This document shows positions 1-10,356 of a DNA stretch of 64,000 bases, one piece after another. This DNA is from Alphaproteobacteria bacterium (GTDB taxonomy: Bacteria > Pseudomonadota > Alphaproteobacteria > SP197). The notes below the pieces were generated by a model. That model was not told the origin of the DNA and made no database searches. It was given only the letters and a program-made list of their open reading frames with translations. The position numbers and the translations under genes are program-made. How positions within the stretch are numbered: position 1 is the first letter of the stretch; each line of letters begins with the position of its first letter. The stretch spans positions 2,336,001 through 2,400,000 of the forward strand of contig OZ219747.1 of the NCBI GenBank assembly GCA_964291265.2, given 5' to 3'.

Positions 1-364
1 CCCCGGTCATGAAGACACGCGTGAACCTTGCGGTGATGGCGGCCTGTCGCCTCCCTCACCACCCGGCTCACCTCGATGTCCCCAAGTCACATGCCCAGCG
101 CCCGCCAGCTCGTGGCGTCGTTCGCAAGGCAACGCATCCGGTCAGCCGCATCCAACACAGGCCTTGCTATCATCAATCCCCGCCACTACCTTGTGGCCGA
201 CAAAGAGGGCAGGGCTCGACAATGTCCCCCTCCTGCTCGGTACTATGTCAATCCTTATCGGCGTGCCGTCCTTGCTGCCTGGCAGGGTCAACCGGTTGTA
301 GTCGGCATGGCCGTTCATATGCTGGATGGCGTCAGCGTCAAGTCCGGGTCAGGAATCGATCAGG

Positions 365-806
365 GTGCCCAAACGTCAGGGGAGCAATCCAAAACGCAGA
401 TTCGTCCCGAGACACGAGATTGACCGCAGTGTCCTGAAACGCCTCGCGGACGAGGTCTGCTACACGAGGCAGCGCGCTTCACAAACACAAGGGCGCCGAC
501 TACGGTTTCCATCCTCCTGCGAACCCACGCCTGAACAAGTCACTGTGCCATGGCAGCGGTCGAATCGTGTGCTTGAACGAAGCGAGAGCCCTCTTCCGCG
601 AAGGCATCGAACGAGGGATGATCAGCAACATCGGCGAAGATGGATTTCCGAAGGACATCTGGGCCGTGGACTCGGAGGGTCGAGCGTACGAATCCAAGCT
701 CGAGCAAGGAAGTCGGCACGACCACGGCTACGAGTTGGGCGAGGACGATGACGGCATGCGGCGTCTGGTCCTGGAAGAATGGGGGCTGAGATGCAAGGCG
801 AACTGA
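365..806 (+). pseudogene. Small hypothetical, possibly toxin-like gene with one frameshift near 467
   Basis: GTG365 frame VPKRQGSNPKRR...DEVCYT continues after a 1-nt shift as GSALHKHKGADYGFHPPANPR...WAVDSEGRAYESKL...HGYELGEDD, ending at 806 and overlapping the next gene. Confidence 0.5.
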
Positions 807-1015
807 CAGTTTCACTCTCTTGCGGGGAACTCCCTTCTGGCTCGGCGCAGGAAAGGGCGACGTTCGGTCTGTTCTCGATGACAGCGAACGAACGACTGCT
901 CACTGCCGGTCAGGACATCGAAAGCGACGAACTCCGCCACGGTCCGCACGTTGCGGGATACCCGCTCGCCGAGTGGCTCATCTGGAACTGGTGGAGGATC
1001 CGGTGGGAGGGCAGA
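791..1015 (+). pseudogene. Truncated N-terminus of a protein resembling ImmA/IrrE-associated metallopeptidase family members
   Basis: MQGELTV...ERATFGLF...GPHVAGYPLAEWLIWNWWRIRWE, then runs into antisense helicase sequence; no HExxH motif remains. Confidence 0.4.
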
Positions 1016-2093
1016 CGGCCCTCGCTGGAAAGCCCCGAGAGCTTGCTCATGTCGCTCCGGAGGCTGCCGTCGTAATGCGCGTCGCAATCCGGATGCAGGC
1101 AAAAACGAAAGGCGCCGCGGATATGCCACGCGGGCAAGCCGTCCTCCGATACGGTGCCTCGCGTATCCACCCGGACACCGCGGGGCCGGTATTGCCGGAA
1201 ATGGGGTTTGAGCCAGGCCTCGTCACCGCGGAACTCCAGCCAGTCCTCCGGGTATTGATTCTCGATATCCTCGGGATCGAACAGCCCTGAAGGATCCGGC
1301 ATGAGATAGCCGGGCTGGACATCCTCGTCTTTGTGTGATCGTTCGGACAGGTCGCGGGGAAAGAACGTGTGCGGCTGCTTGCCGGCAAGCCTCGCCCAGA
1401 CGGGCAGGTATTCCTGGCCGCAGGCGCGGCAGAAGACGAGCGGGAAGAGGGCGCGGGAGCGGTCTCCGGGTTTGAACTGCTGGCCGTGCAGGGTGAGATA
1501 GCGCTCGTTTGGCGCCTCAAGGGTCGTGAAGGTGTTCCATGCTCCACTGATGAACTGGTGCAGCCGGAACGCGAAAAAGCTCTGGCCTTGTTCATTCCGG
1601 CTTTGGTGGGCGGTCAGGAGAAAGTTCGCCAGGTAGTCTCGGCAACGCGCGGCGTCGAGGCCGCTGTCGCCGGCAAGACGCTCCGAAGCCTGAAGGATGG
1701 TCAAGGGGCGCGAAATCCGCACAAGCCTGTCGCCCTGCTCTTCGAGCCCGAGATTGCGCTCCACCCAGGCTGCGACCGGATGGGCCGCAAGCGTTTCGTA
1801 TGTCGGATTCGAGGGGACTCCCCGCTCCATGGCGGTGCGCAGATCAGGTCCGCTCAGGCTTGCGCTGTGATCAGTGACGGGTCGCAGGGTTTCGGAAACG
1901 ATGTTGTCGGGATCGACAGCGGCGCCAAACAAGCGGCTTGCGACGTCCGCAACGGCAGCGTCCCGGTCGTCGGGTGAGCCTTCGGAGGCCATCGTCGCCG
2001 AGGTGCCGATACAGAGAAGACGCTCGTTGAACCGCTCCCGGACGCGTCGGACAAGCATGGCGACATCGGCTCCCTGCCGCCCGCGGTAGGTGT
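1016..2093 (-). pseudogene. Middle fragment of the split DEAD/DEAH helicase (DUF1998-associated type), 3'-truncated
   Basis: TYRGRQGADVAMLVRR, motif III IGTSATM, FRLHQFISG, CRAC; similarity ends at SGLSSEGR; continues the frame of 30769..31497. Confidence 0.85.
2082..2093 (+). repeat. Left junction direct repeat CGCGGTAGGTGT
   Basis: Identical to 30768-30779; flanking bases differ on both sides. Confidence 0.9.
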
Positions 2094-2462
2094 AAGCACA
2101 AGACCCGGCGATAACGGCACCAACGGGCCAACGGCAACCAAGCGTCTTCTCTCACTTCCCGACCCTTCTACAACAGGTTACATGACAATGCAAGAGAAAT
2201 TTCGATCGCGCCAGAACAACGCGGTGTCGTTCCGATGTCGTTAAATTGTTGCACCCAGGGAAGTAGAACGGCCACGACTGTCCGCTTGCCAGATCCCTCA
2301 CGGCCGTCCAGGATGACGCAACAGAAACATATCAGCGCGCCACAAGAACAACACAAGAAGGGGCTTCGATATCGCCATGCAGGATGAGCACAGGACAATG
2401 ACATCTCTGATCGGCCCTCATCCGGCGCATGTGTTTCCCCAGTCAACGCTGGTCACGGCGCC

Positions 2463-2801
2463 ATGACCGACCGCCGCCAGCACGCCGTCATGGCGACGGA
2501 CGCCGAGTGGGAACGCATCACCCGGGCGGCCCGTGCGGCCGGCATGGAGCTCTCCCGCTTCATCGTGCAGCGCACCCTGTTGCCGGATGCCTTGCCGGTG
2601 GAGGTGCTGCGGCGGGCCGTGCGGGAGGTGCTCGTCATGGCCCGCCTGGAAGAGCGGCGCCTGCGCGAGGCTGGCTCCGGGGAGGCCTGGGAGGAGGCCG
2701 GAGAGGCGGTCAACGCCTGGCTGGAGAGCGAGGGCGTCCTGGCGCGCCTGACCGATCCGGGAGCGGCCAACCGCTGGAAGGCGGCGGGAGACGGGGGATG
2801 A
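2463..2801 (+). CDS. RHH/MobC-like protein 1
   Basis: RRQHAVMATDAEWERITRAARAAGMELSRFIV strand-helix-helix pattern. Confidence 0.7.
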   Translation: MTDRRQHAVMATDAEWERITRAARAAGMELSRFIVQRTLLPDALPVEVLRRAVREVLVMARLEERRLREAGSGEAWEEAGEAVNAWLESEGVLARLTDPGAANRWKAAGDGG

Positions 2802-3091
2802 CGCGCCAGCTGAAGCGCCAGCGTTCCGTGCACTGTCCGCCCGAGGAACAGGAGATGATCCGCGGGAAGGCGAAGGCCGCCGGCAAGACGGTGTCGGGCT
2901 ACCTGCTTGACCTTGCCCGCGACGACGATCCGCAGATCCATCCCCTGGTGCTGTCGCCGGAGGATCAGCGTGAGTTCCTCGAGGGCACGAGGACCCTGCA
3001 GGAGGTGGCAAGCGCCCTGCGCCGGGAGCTTCCCGGCACGGAGGGCCTGACCCTCCTTGCGGCGGTGGCGGTGATGAGCCGATGGCGATGA
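2798..3091 (+). CDS. RHH/MobC-like protein 2
   Basis: KRQRSVHCPPEEQEMIRGKAKAAGKTVSGYLL; ATGA overlap with previous gene. Confidence 0.7.
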   Translation: MTRQLKRQRSVHCPPEEQEMIRGKAKAAGKTVSGYLLDLARDDDPQIHPLVLSPEDQREFLEGTRTLQEVASALRRELPGTEGLTLLAAVAVMSRWR

Positions 3092-3564
3092 GGCCGCGGC
3101 GGCGTCGCCGGAAGAAGCCGCCGTCGAAGCACCTGACGGTCTCGGCGACGGACGCCGAGTGGGAGATGGTGAGGTCGCAAGCGGCAGGCCGCGGGCTCTC
3201 GATCGCCCGCTATCTCGTGGGCCTGGCGGCCCGGGACGGGGCCGAGGGCGACAGGGGACCGCCGCTGGTGCTGGCCGGGGTTCAGCAGCGGGAGCTCCTG
3301 GAGCTTCACCGGGAGATGCTCTCGCTGCTGCAGGGCGATGAGGACACATCGTCGCTGATGGCCGACATCCAGGCGCGGGTCGCGGTGATGTTCAACCTGT
3401 GGGCGAAGGACATGATCGCCCGCGGCCGGGAGGAGGATCTCCAGGCCGAGCTGGCCTCGATCCTCGGCGAGGAGCAGGCGGCCGCCGTCATGGCCTCCGT
3501 CAGGAGAACGACGACGGAGCGCCCGCGGGCCGCGGATACGGTCCAGCCGGATCTCTTTTCCTGA
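3088..3564 (+). CDS. RHH/MobC-like protein 3
   Basis: KHLTVSATDAEWEMVRSQAAGRGLSIARYLV; ATGA overlap (alternative start 3082). Confidence 0.7.
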   Translation: MRPRRRRRKKPPSKHLTVSATDAEWEMVRSQAAGRGLSIARYLVGLAARDGAEGDRGPPLVLAGVQQRELLELHREMLSLLQGDEDTSSLMADIQARVAVMFNLWAKDMIARGREEDLQAELASILGEEQAAAVMASVRRTTTERPRAADTVQPDLFS

Positions 3565-3600
3565 ACGCAGGGGATCATCGGGGGAGCATGAGCCTGGCGC

Positions 3601-6600
3601 CTACATCGACAGGCCGCGGGACCGTCCACGCCTGCGGGCCTCGATCTCCCGGAGCGTCTCGGCCATGCGCCTCTCCCGCGCCGTCTCGTCATCCCAGGGC
3701 GCGCGTACGCATCCGCGCGTGAAGAGGGAGCGCATGTCCTGGCGGATCGTCGAACCGGCTGCAGGCGCTCCCTGCATCCCCCAGGAGCGGACCACGCGGA
3801 GCGTCACCCCGTCTCCCACCACGTCGTTGACGCCGGCCTCGACGGCCTCGACGATCGCCTCGACCTGCGCGGTGTCGCCCTCGAGCGGGGGCTGGACCGG
3901 GCCGGCATGCCGCACCATGGTCCAGCGTATCCTGTCGCCCGGAAGGACCCTCTCCTCGCAGGCGAAGGGGAAGGCGTCGTTGCGGGCGGGATACTGCCGG
4001 TCGCGTTCCCGCTGGCGCAGCGTCTCGTCGGGCCACAGGAGGCGCCGGCAGGTGACGTTGCCGGCAAGGGGGCGGAGCGTCTCGGCGTGGAGACTGCGGG
4101 TCTCTGTGCCGCCGACGGGACGAATGCGCAGGCGATCGATGACGTCGGGGCCGGTGACGTGGCTGACCATCTCGACAACCGCGTCGTGGCGGCCCTCTGC
4201 GTCGATCCAGCTGAGCCGGTCGCCGCGGAGCAGGGGCTCGGTCCCGTCCCAGCGGACGCTGCGGGAGACGTCGAACGGCGCCTCCCGCAGCTGCCGCATG
4301 GCGGTGCGGACCTCGAGGAGGTGGCGGGTCCGGCCTGCCTCCTCGCGCACCGCATCGTCCTGGGCCAGGCGTTCCGGGAGTGCCGCCACGATGTAGGCGA
4401 GGCGCCGGGGCGAAGCGCCCGCGGCGCGGATGTGGGCCTCCTGGTTCAGCGACCCTGCCTCCACGGCCTCCAGCAGCATCCGGGCACGGCGGCGCCAGGC
4501 GTCGGACAGCGCTGCGCTTCCCTGGAGGCCGGGTTGGAGAGCCAGGGCCTCCGCGACGAGCTCATGAGCCCGCTGGCGTTCACCGTCCCAGCCATCGAGC
4601 GTCTTGCGCCACGCGCTGACGGTGGTCCGGTCCTCCGCGGTAAGGCGCGGATCGTCCCGGAGCTGCCGCAGCGCCTCGCGCAGGGGCGCCATGTGGGGCG
4701 AATCGAGGGGATGGCGATGATGGTCCCGCACCTCCCCATTGATGGCGTCTGCCCGGCGCACGAGAGCCCGCAGGCTGTCGCCGAGGAGCATGGCGTCGAT
4801 GCGCTCGGCCTCGGTCTTGACGACATCCCCGGCGCCCGCCATGTCGCGGGCCGGCAGGCCGCCGGCCTTCCACGCGCCGGGGAGTGCACGACCTTCGGCC
4901 AGGAGCGCCGCGGCGTCGCGGCGCCAGAGGGCATCGCCCGGTTCCGCCGCCTCGCCCAGGCGGCCGGCGCGGCGGCGCCAGTCCGCGAGAACATCGAGGG
5001 CGGCGTCCGTCGCCATCCAGGAGGGCACCGAGGCAAGGCGTTGCTGGAAGGCATCGGGGGATGTTCCGAGGGCGCGAAGCTGCGCGGTGCGCTCGCCTTC
5101 GGGGATGGCGTCCATCGCCGCACGGGCTTCCTCTGCCGCCGCCGGGGCCACGGCGCGCCAGACCACACGGTCGTCGCCTGAGCCGCCGAACGTGGGCCGG
5201 TTCGCCTCGGCCTCCGCGAGGCGGGCAAGGGCTTTGGCGAGACGGCCGCGGTCACGGCGCCAGCGCCTGTCGTCATCGAGCCGGCGGACAAGCGTGCGCA
5301 CGGTTCCATCCGCCGTCGCGCCGTCGGCCACCGCCGCGGAGACCTCCTCGAGAAGGCCGGGCCAGTCAGCGAGGTCGCATGGCAGGCGTCCGGCGGCCTC
5401 GGCACGGTCCTCGATCTCCTTCACCCGCTGCAGAAGTGCGGCGCGGTCCAGGGCTCTGAAGGTCGTCTCGATGGTTGCCGCTGCCGCCGCGAGGCCGTGA
5501 CGGGCGTCGGCGAGGGCATCGAGGTGGCGGGCCTTCAGCGACCTGTCGGCCAGCATCGCCCGGGCGGCCGTCAGCAATGCCGCCGCCTCGGTGCGCCATG
5601 CCTGGGCATCGGGATGGTCTGCCACGATCCCGGGCCCCGTCTTCGCCAGGACCCGGGCCCTGGCGACGGTGGCCTCGGTCTCGCGGCGTTCCGCCTTCCA
5701 CCTGCCGTCGGCGTCCCGCCAGTCGGCCATCAGGTCGCGCGTTGCCTGCGGCGTGCCCTCGCGTCCGGCGAGATCCTCCAGGGCCGCCAGGAGCCGGGGG
5801 TAGTCCGCCGCGTCGAGGGGATGCACGCCGTCTTCCTCATGGGCCCGGTTGACGGACCAGGTGAGGGCGGCGAACGCCTGGCATGCGGCCGTCAACCGGG
5901 CTGCCTCGAGCTGTCTGACGACGCTGTCGACGGCGTCTTGGGCGCCCGCCATGTCGTCCGTGCGAGAGAGATGGGCGGCCCATTCCTCCACAAGCTTCCT
6001 GCCCTCCTCGATCAGGGCGCCCGCCCGTTCGACATTCTCCCGCGCGATGGTCGGACCCTCGCTGCCCTCGCGCAGCACCTCGGCGGCCCGCCCCGACCAG
6101 TCGTCGAGGCCGGTGAGGGCCGCGTCGGTGGCGCGCCACAGGGGCACGGCGCCGACCAGGGAAGCGAAGGCCTGGGCCGTCATGCCGCAGGCCGCGAGGT
6201 GGGCTCTGCGCTCGTGGTCGGCAAGGGCGACCACGGTCTCGAGGGCGCCGTCCAGGGCTTCGGCCCCGTCGCGCCACGCCCGGCGGTCCGGCGCGTCGCT
6301 GCGGAGGTCCGCGTAACGGGGCCTTGAGCGTTCGAGGTCCGCCAGCAGGCCGACGACCTCAGTCACGCGGCGGCGGTCGCGGCGCCAGCGCCCGTCGTCT
6401 GCCAGCCAGCGTTCCAGATGGCGGCCCACCGGATCGCCGGGTGCGGCGGCATCGACGGCACGGCGGATCTCGCTCAGCGTGCCGAACCATTCCGCGAGAT
6501 CGAGGGGCAGCCGGTCCTCGATGCGGGCCCGGCCAGCGATCCCGCAGACCCGCCACAGCAGCGTGGCGCGGTCAAGCGCCTCCAGTCTCTCGACGACCTC

Positions 6601-9600
6601 CCGGCCCGCCGTCACGATCCCGTCGCGCTCCTCCGGCATGGCGGCGATGTACGGACCATGAGGACCGTCCGTGTCAAGGAGCGAGCGCATGTGCCGCAGG
6701 TGAGCCTCCGCGTCACGCCGCCACCGCGTGACATCGGCATCCTCGGGATCGACCCCGCCCGCGCCATCGAGTGGCACGTGGTCTGCGAACCATGCTGCCA
6801 GCATGCCGACTCTCTGACGCGCCGACCTGAAGTCGTCGACGAGAGCGGTCTCCGTGGCATGGCGCGCCTGCCAGGCCTCCACCGCACGGCGTTCCTCCGC
6901 CGTCAGCCCCGTGGACCGCGCCAGGGCCGCGCCGCGGCGGGAGAGGTCCGCATGGTCCGCCAGGAGGGAGACCGGCACGGCCTTCTCCCGCGACCGCGTG
7001 AGCAAGGCACTCCAGTCGCGGGCAAAGCGCGCGGCATCGTCCTTCAGCCGCACCTTCTCCACACCGGCAAGCGCAGCCTCGAGGTGTCGGCGATCACCCT
7101 CCGGGAGTGCCGGCGCCTCCGCTCCGGCGAGCCGCCGCCGGGCGCTGTCGACAAGGGCCGTCCCCGCATCGCGCCACGTCCGCCAGGCCGGGCCGTCTCC
7201 TGCAGGGTGGCCTGTGGACCGGGCCGCCCATGCCAGTTCCGGCCAGCGCCGCGGCTGGTCCTGCAGGCCGGCGATGAGCTCCCGCACCTGGCGCTCCGCA
7301 GCGCGGGACGCTTCGTGGGCTCCAAGGCGTTCGTCGACGAAGGCGCGCATCTCGTCCGGCAGGTCCTCGACCGCCGCGAAGGCGGCAAGGCGCGCCATCA
7401 CCCCGGCATAGGCCGGAACCGACGAGGGAGGCGAACCCGACGCCTCCCGTTCCACCTCTTCCCAGTCGGTCACGACAGCGGCCCACGCATCGGGATCGAC
7501 GATCGGGCCGTCGAGATCCTCGCCCAGGGCCTCGAGCGCGGCGTCGGGCACGTCGGGCGAGGTCTCGAGACACTCGATCAGCGCCTCGCGGTCGTCCGTC
7601 AACAGCGTGAACCCCTGCGAGGCACGGCTCACCTCGACGTAGAACATCTCCCGGTTCGCCATGTGTCCGGCATCGAGGACGGCGATGACCTTCTTCGCCG
7701 TCTTCCCCTGGGCGCCGTGGACCGTGGAACTCCAGGCATGGTCGAGGTGGCGCAGGTGGGGATCGCTGCGGGACAGGGAGTACTCCGTGCCGTCGTCCGC
7801 CAGCAGCCGCACCCGCTCGGGCCCGATCGACAGCACGCGGGCTTCCTCGCCGTTGACCAGGGCCGGCGTGCGCCGCCGGGCCTTGCGGTTGCGCGTCCAG
7901 CGCACCCGGTCGCCGGCCCGGATCTCGATCTCCACGGTCTCGTGCACCCCGAGGTTGCGGGCGGCGTTGCCCGAGGGCCGGAAACGCCGTTCCCGGCCGT
8001 CGGCATGGTCGAGGACGACCCAGCCGTCGCCGACCCCGGTGATGGTGCAGACATCGTCGGCACGGCAACCATAGGCGTCGCGGTGGAAGACCACCGTGTC
8101 CCCCGGTTCGTAGTTGGCGAGAACCGAGGCCTCGATGCGGGTGTAGCGCCGGTCGACGAGGCGCCGGATGGTGAGCGTCCCTCCCGTCAGCACGCCTTCC
8201 TGCGCCAGGCCCTCGCGGATGGCCGCGTTGATCTCCCGGCGCACGGCATGGGTCGGGGCGAGGACGGCGCAGGCCTCCCGGTCCTCCGCCCCGAGGGCGA
8301 GCCACGCCCGGGCCGCCTCTGCACCGAGATCCTCCACCCGGTGTTCCGTCACCCGGTTGGCGAGCCGCGTCATGGCCTCGCCGGCCTCGCCCTCGCGGGC
8401 CCGCACCACCGCCTCCTTCAGGTCCGCATCCTCCTGGCGCAGCACCTCGTCCATCACCGCCGTCGCCATGCCGCGCTTCTGCATGAGGGCAAAGGGCTGG
8501 CCGGCGTCCACCGCCTTCAGCTGCGCCGTGTCGCCGACAAGCACCACGCGAGCGATACCAAGGGTTCCGGCCAGGGCGAGCAGCCTCTCCATCGCCACCG
8601 TGCCGATCATCGAGGCCTCGTCCACCACCAGCACCCCGCCGCCCATGTCCTCGCGGGCCCGCTCCAGGCGGTCGGGGTCCGAGAGATCGCCGTAGCGCAC
8701 CAGGAACCACTGAAGGGTGCGGGTCGGGACCCCGGCTTCCCTCTCCAGCACCCGCGCCGCGGCGGCCGAGGGAGCAAGGGCGATGAGCGGGCGCCCCTCC
8801 ACGAGGCCCGCCACCTCCCTCAGCATCGTCGTCTTGCCGCTGCCGGCCCGGCCTTGCACGCCCACCACCACATCGCCGGACCCCAGGACGTGACGCACCG
8901 CGTTCGCCTGCCCGGCGGTCAGTCTCGCCGCCGCAAGGCGGGCCGTCACCGTCTCTTCCGGGACCAGGGCGACGGCCAACGCCCGGCCCTGCCTCACCGC
9001 CTCCAGGATGCGCCGTTCCGCCTTGACCGCCCGGTCGGTGACGAAGGAACGGTCCGAGCCCCGCAGGACCGTCTCCAGCAACTCCCCTTCCGCGACGAGG
9101 CGCTCGATCGCCGCGTCGATCTCTTCCAGCCGGTAGCGTCCCGGCGCATGGCCCAGGACCAGTGCCCGGATGTCGCGAGCCGGGATCACCGTGCGTCTCT
9201 CCTCGACGTGAGCCACCGCCCGCGCCACCGCCTCGAGGACGCCCGTCTCGGGCTCGGCGATGCGTTCCGCCGGAGCCGAGGGGCGGAACCGGCGCCGCCG
9301 CACTACGGTCTCCACCACCGGCTCGAGGTGCGGCGCCGCAGGCGACCGCCGCCGACGCCGGCGTTCGTTCTTCGTCAGCTCCGCTTCCGGGTCCACCGGC
9401 AGCGCCATCTCCCGACCCGTCTCCGGTTCGACCGGCCTCGGCGGCCTGAGCGCCGCCTCGTCGCGCACAAGGCCCAGGGCGCGCGCCCGGGCGCGCCACT
9501 GCGGCACCAGCTCGGCAAGGCCCGCCTCGACCTTGCGGCGGCGCGTGTGGAGCGTCGCCTTCTGCGTTGCCTCACGCGTCGCCGGAAGCCCGTGCTTCTC

Positions 9601-10350
9601 GAGATAGGCAAGGATCTCCCGGCGGCGCCCGGAGAAGGCGTCCAGGAACTCCCCGTCGTAGCCCGCCAGCTCGAAGCCCGGAACCGGGCCGATCATCCGC
9701 GGCGTCACCGCGAAACCCTGCGCCACCAGGCGCGACGCCAGTTCGTTGCGGTAGTGCGCCCCGATCAGCTTCTCGCTGCGCCGCAAGGACGTCGGCTCGA
9801 TGCTCTTCCAGGCGCCGTCCGACGAGCGCGTCATGTTCGCCAGAACGCAGTGCGTGTGAAGTTGCGGGTCGAGATCACGGCTTGTGAGATGGCGAAAGCC
9901 CGCCACCACCATGCCGTCCGCCTTCACCCGCGGCCGGCGCTTCGTCGCCGCATCCCAGCCCCGGGTCTGCAAGAGATCCCGCTCGATCCAGTCCAGGGTC
10001 GCCCGAACCGCCTCGTCGTGGGCCCGGATGACACGCACGTCCCCCATCACCAGCGCTTCCAGCGATACCGACTTCGGCGCCGAGAACGTGATGTCCCAGC
10101 CCGGACGGTGCTGGCGCTCTCCCTCGACGATCCTCCCCAGACGGATGTCCGTCTTCGGCACCTTGCCCTGCAGCACCGACTCGAAGCGCGACGGCACAAC
10201 GTGGCCCCTCAACCCAAGGTCGCCCGCCGCACGGCCATGCCAGAAGCTCGCCTTGCGGTGCTCGGGATCGTTGCGGGCGTAGTACCCATCCCTCTCGTAG
10301 TACGAAACCGCGGTCGCCGAGGACGCAAGCTCGTGAACCGTCGCCACCAT
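3601..10350 (-). CDS. mobF: MobF (TrwC/TraI-like) relaxase-helicase with long repetitive C-terminus, 2249 aa
   Basis: SYYERDGYY catalytic Tyr cluster, DITFSAPKSVS, HLTSRDLDPQLHTH, Walker A GRAGSGKTT, DEASM, TVHGAQGKT, tail RSRGLSM. Confidence 0.95.
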   Translation of the reverse strand: MVATVHELASSATAVSYYERDGYYARNDPEHRKASFWHGRAAGDLGLRGHVVPSRFESVLQGKVPKTDIRLGRIVEGERQHRPGWDITFSAPKSVSLEALVMGDVRVIRAHDEAVRATLDWIERDLLQTRGWDAATKRRPRVKADGMVVAGFRHLTSRDLDPQLHTHCVLANMTRSSDGAWKSIEPTSLRRSEKLIGAHYRNELASRLVAQGFAVTPRMIGPVPGFELAGYDGEFLDAFSGRRREILAYLEKHGLPATREATQKATLHTRRRKVEAGLAELVPQWRARARALGLVRDEAALRPPRPVEPETGREMALPVDPEAELTKNERRRRRRSPAAPHLEPVVETVVRRRRFRPSAPAERIAEPETGVLEAVARAVAHVEERRTVIPARDIRALVLGHAPGRYRLEEIDAAIERLVAEGELLETVLRGSDRSFVTDRAVKAERRILEAVRQGRALAVALVPEETVTARLAAARLTAGQANAVRHVLGSGDVVVGVQGRAGSGKTTMLREVAGLVEGRPLIALAPSAAAARVLEREAGVPTRTLQWFLVRYGDLSDPDRLERAREDMGGGVLVVDEASMIGTVAMERLLALAGTLGIARVVLVGDTAQLKAVDAGQPFALMQKRGMATAVMDEVLRQEDADLKEAVVRAREGEAGEAMTRLANRVTEHRVEDLGAEAARAWLALGAEDREACAVLAPTHAVRREINAAIREGLAQEGVLTGGTLTIRRLVDRRYTRIEASVLANYEPGDTVVFHRDAYGCRADDVCTITGVGDGWVVLDHADGRERRFRPSGNAARNLGVHETVEIEIRAGDRVRWTRNRKARRRTPALVNGEEARVLSIGPERVRLLADDGTEYSLSRSDPHLRHLDHAWSSTVHGAQGKTAKKVIAVLDAGHMANREMFYVEVSRASQGFTLLTDDREALIECLETSPDVPDAALEALGEDLDGPIVDPDAWAAVVTDWEEVEREASGSPPSSVPAYAGVMARLAAFAAVEDLPDEMRAFVDERLGAHEASRAAERQVRELIAGLQDQPRRWPELAWAARSTGHPAGDGPAWRTWRDAGTALVDSARRRLAGAEAPALPEGDRRHLEAALAGVEKVRLKDDAARFARDWSALLTRSREKAVPVSLLADHADLSRRGAALARSTGLTAEERRAVEAWQARHATETALVDDFRSARQRVGMLAAWFADHVPLDGAGGVDPEDADVTRWRRDAEAHLRHMRSLLDTDGPHGPYIAAMPEERDGIVTAGREVVERLEALDRATLLWRVCGIAGRARIEDRLPLDLAEWFGTLSEIRRAVDAAAPGDPVGRHLERWLADDGRWRRDRRRVTEVVGLLADLERSRPRYADLRSDAPDRRAWRDGAEALDGALETVVALADHERRAHLAACGMTAQAFASLVGAVPLWRATDAALTGLDDWSGRAAEVLREGSEGPTIARENVERAGALIEEGRKLVEEWAAHLSRTDDMAGAQDAVDSVVRQLEAARLTAACQAFAALTWSVNRAHEEDGVHPLDAADYPRLLAALEDLAGREGTPQATRDLMADWRDADGRWKAERRETEATVARARVLAKTGPGIVADHPDAQAWRTEAAALLTAARAMLADRSLKARHLDALADARHGLAAAAATIETTFRALDRAALLQRVKEIEDRAEAAGRLPCDLADWPGLLEEVSAAVADGATADGTVRTLVRRLDDDRRWRRDRGRLAKALARLAEAEANRPTFGGSGDDRVVWRAVAPAAAEEARAAMDAIPEGERTAQLRALGTSPDAFQQRLASVPSWMATDAALDVLADWRRRAGRLGEAAEPGDALWRRDAAALLAEGRALPGAWKAGGLPARDMAGAGDVVKTEAERIDAMLLGDSLRALVRRADAINGEVRDHHRHPLDSPHMAPLREALRQLRDDPRLTAEDRTTVSAWRKTLDGWDGERQRAHELVAEALALQPGLQGSAALSDAWRRRARMLLEAVEAGSLNQEAHIRAAGASPRRLAYIVAALPERLAQDDAVREEAGRTRHLLEVRTAMRQLREAPFDVSRSVRWDGTEPLLRGDRLSWIDAEGRHDAVVEMVSHVTGPDVIDRLRIRPVGGTETRSLHAETLRPLAGNVTCRRLLWPDETLRQRERDRQYPARNDAFPFACEERVLPGDRIRWTMVRHAGPVQPPLEGDTAQVEAIVEAVEAGVNDVVGDGVTLRVVRSWGMQGAPAAGSTIRQDMRSLFTRGCVRAPWDDETARERRMAETLREIEARRRGRSRGLSM

Positions 10351-10356
10351 GGAGCG

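Noticed and set aside
1-364. ORFs 9..437 and 76..423
   Set aside because: No recognisable protein features; cannot be supported
7094-9499. 801-aa Gly/Arg/Ala-rich ORF
   Set aside because: Alternative frame inside the relaxase; composition typical of GC off-frame reading
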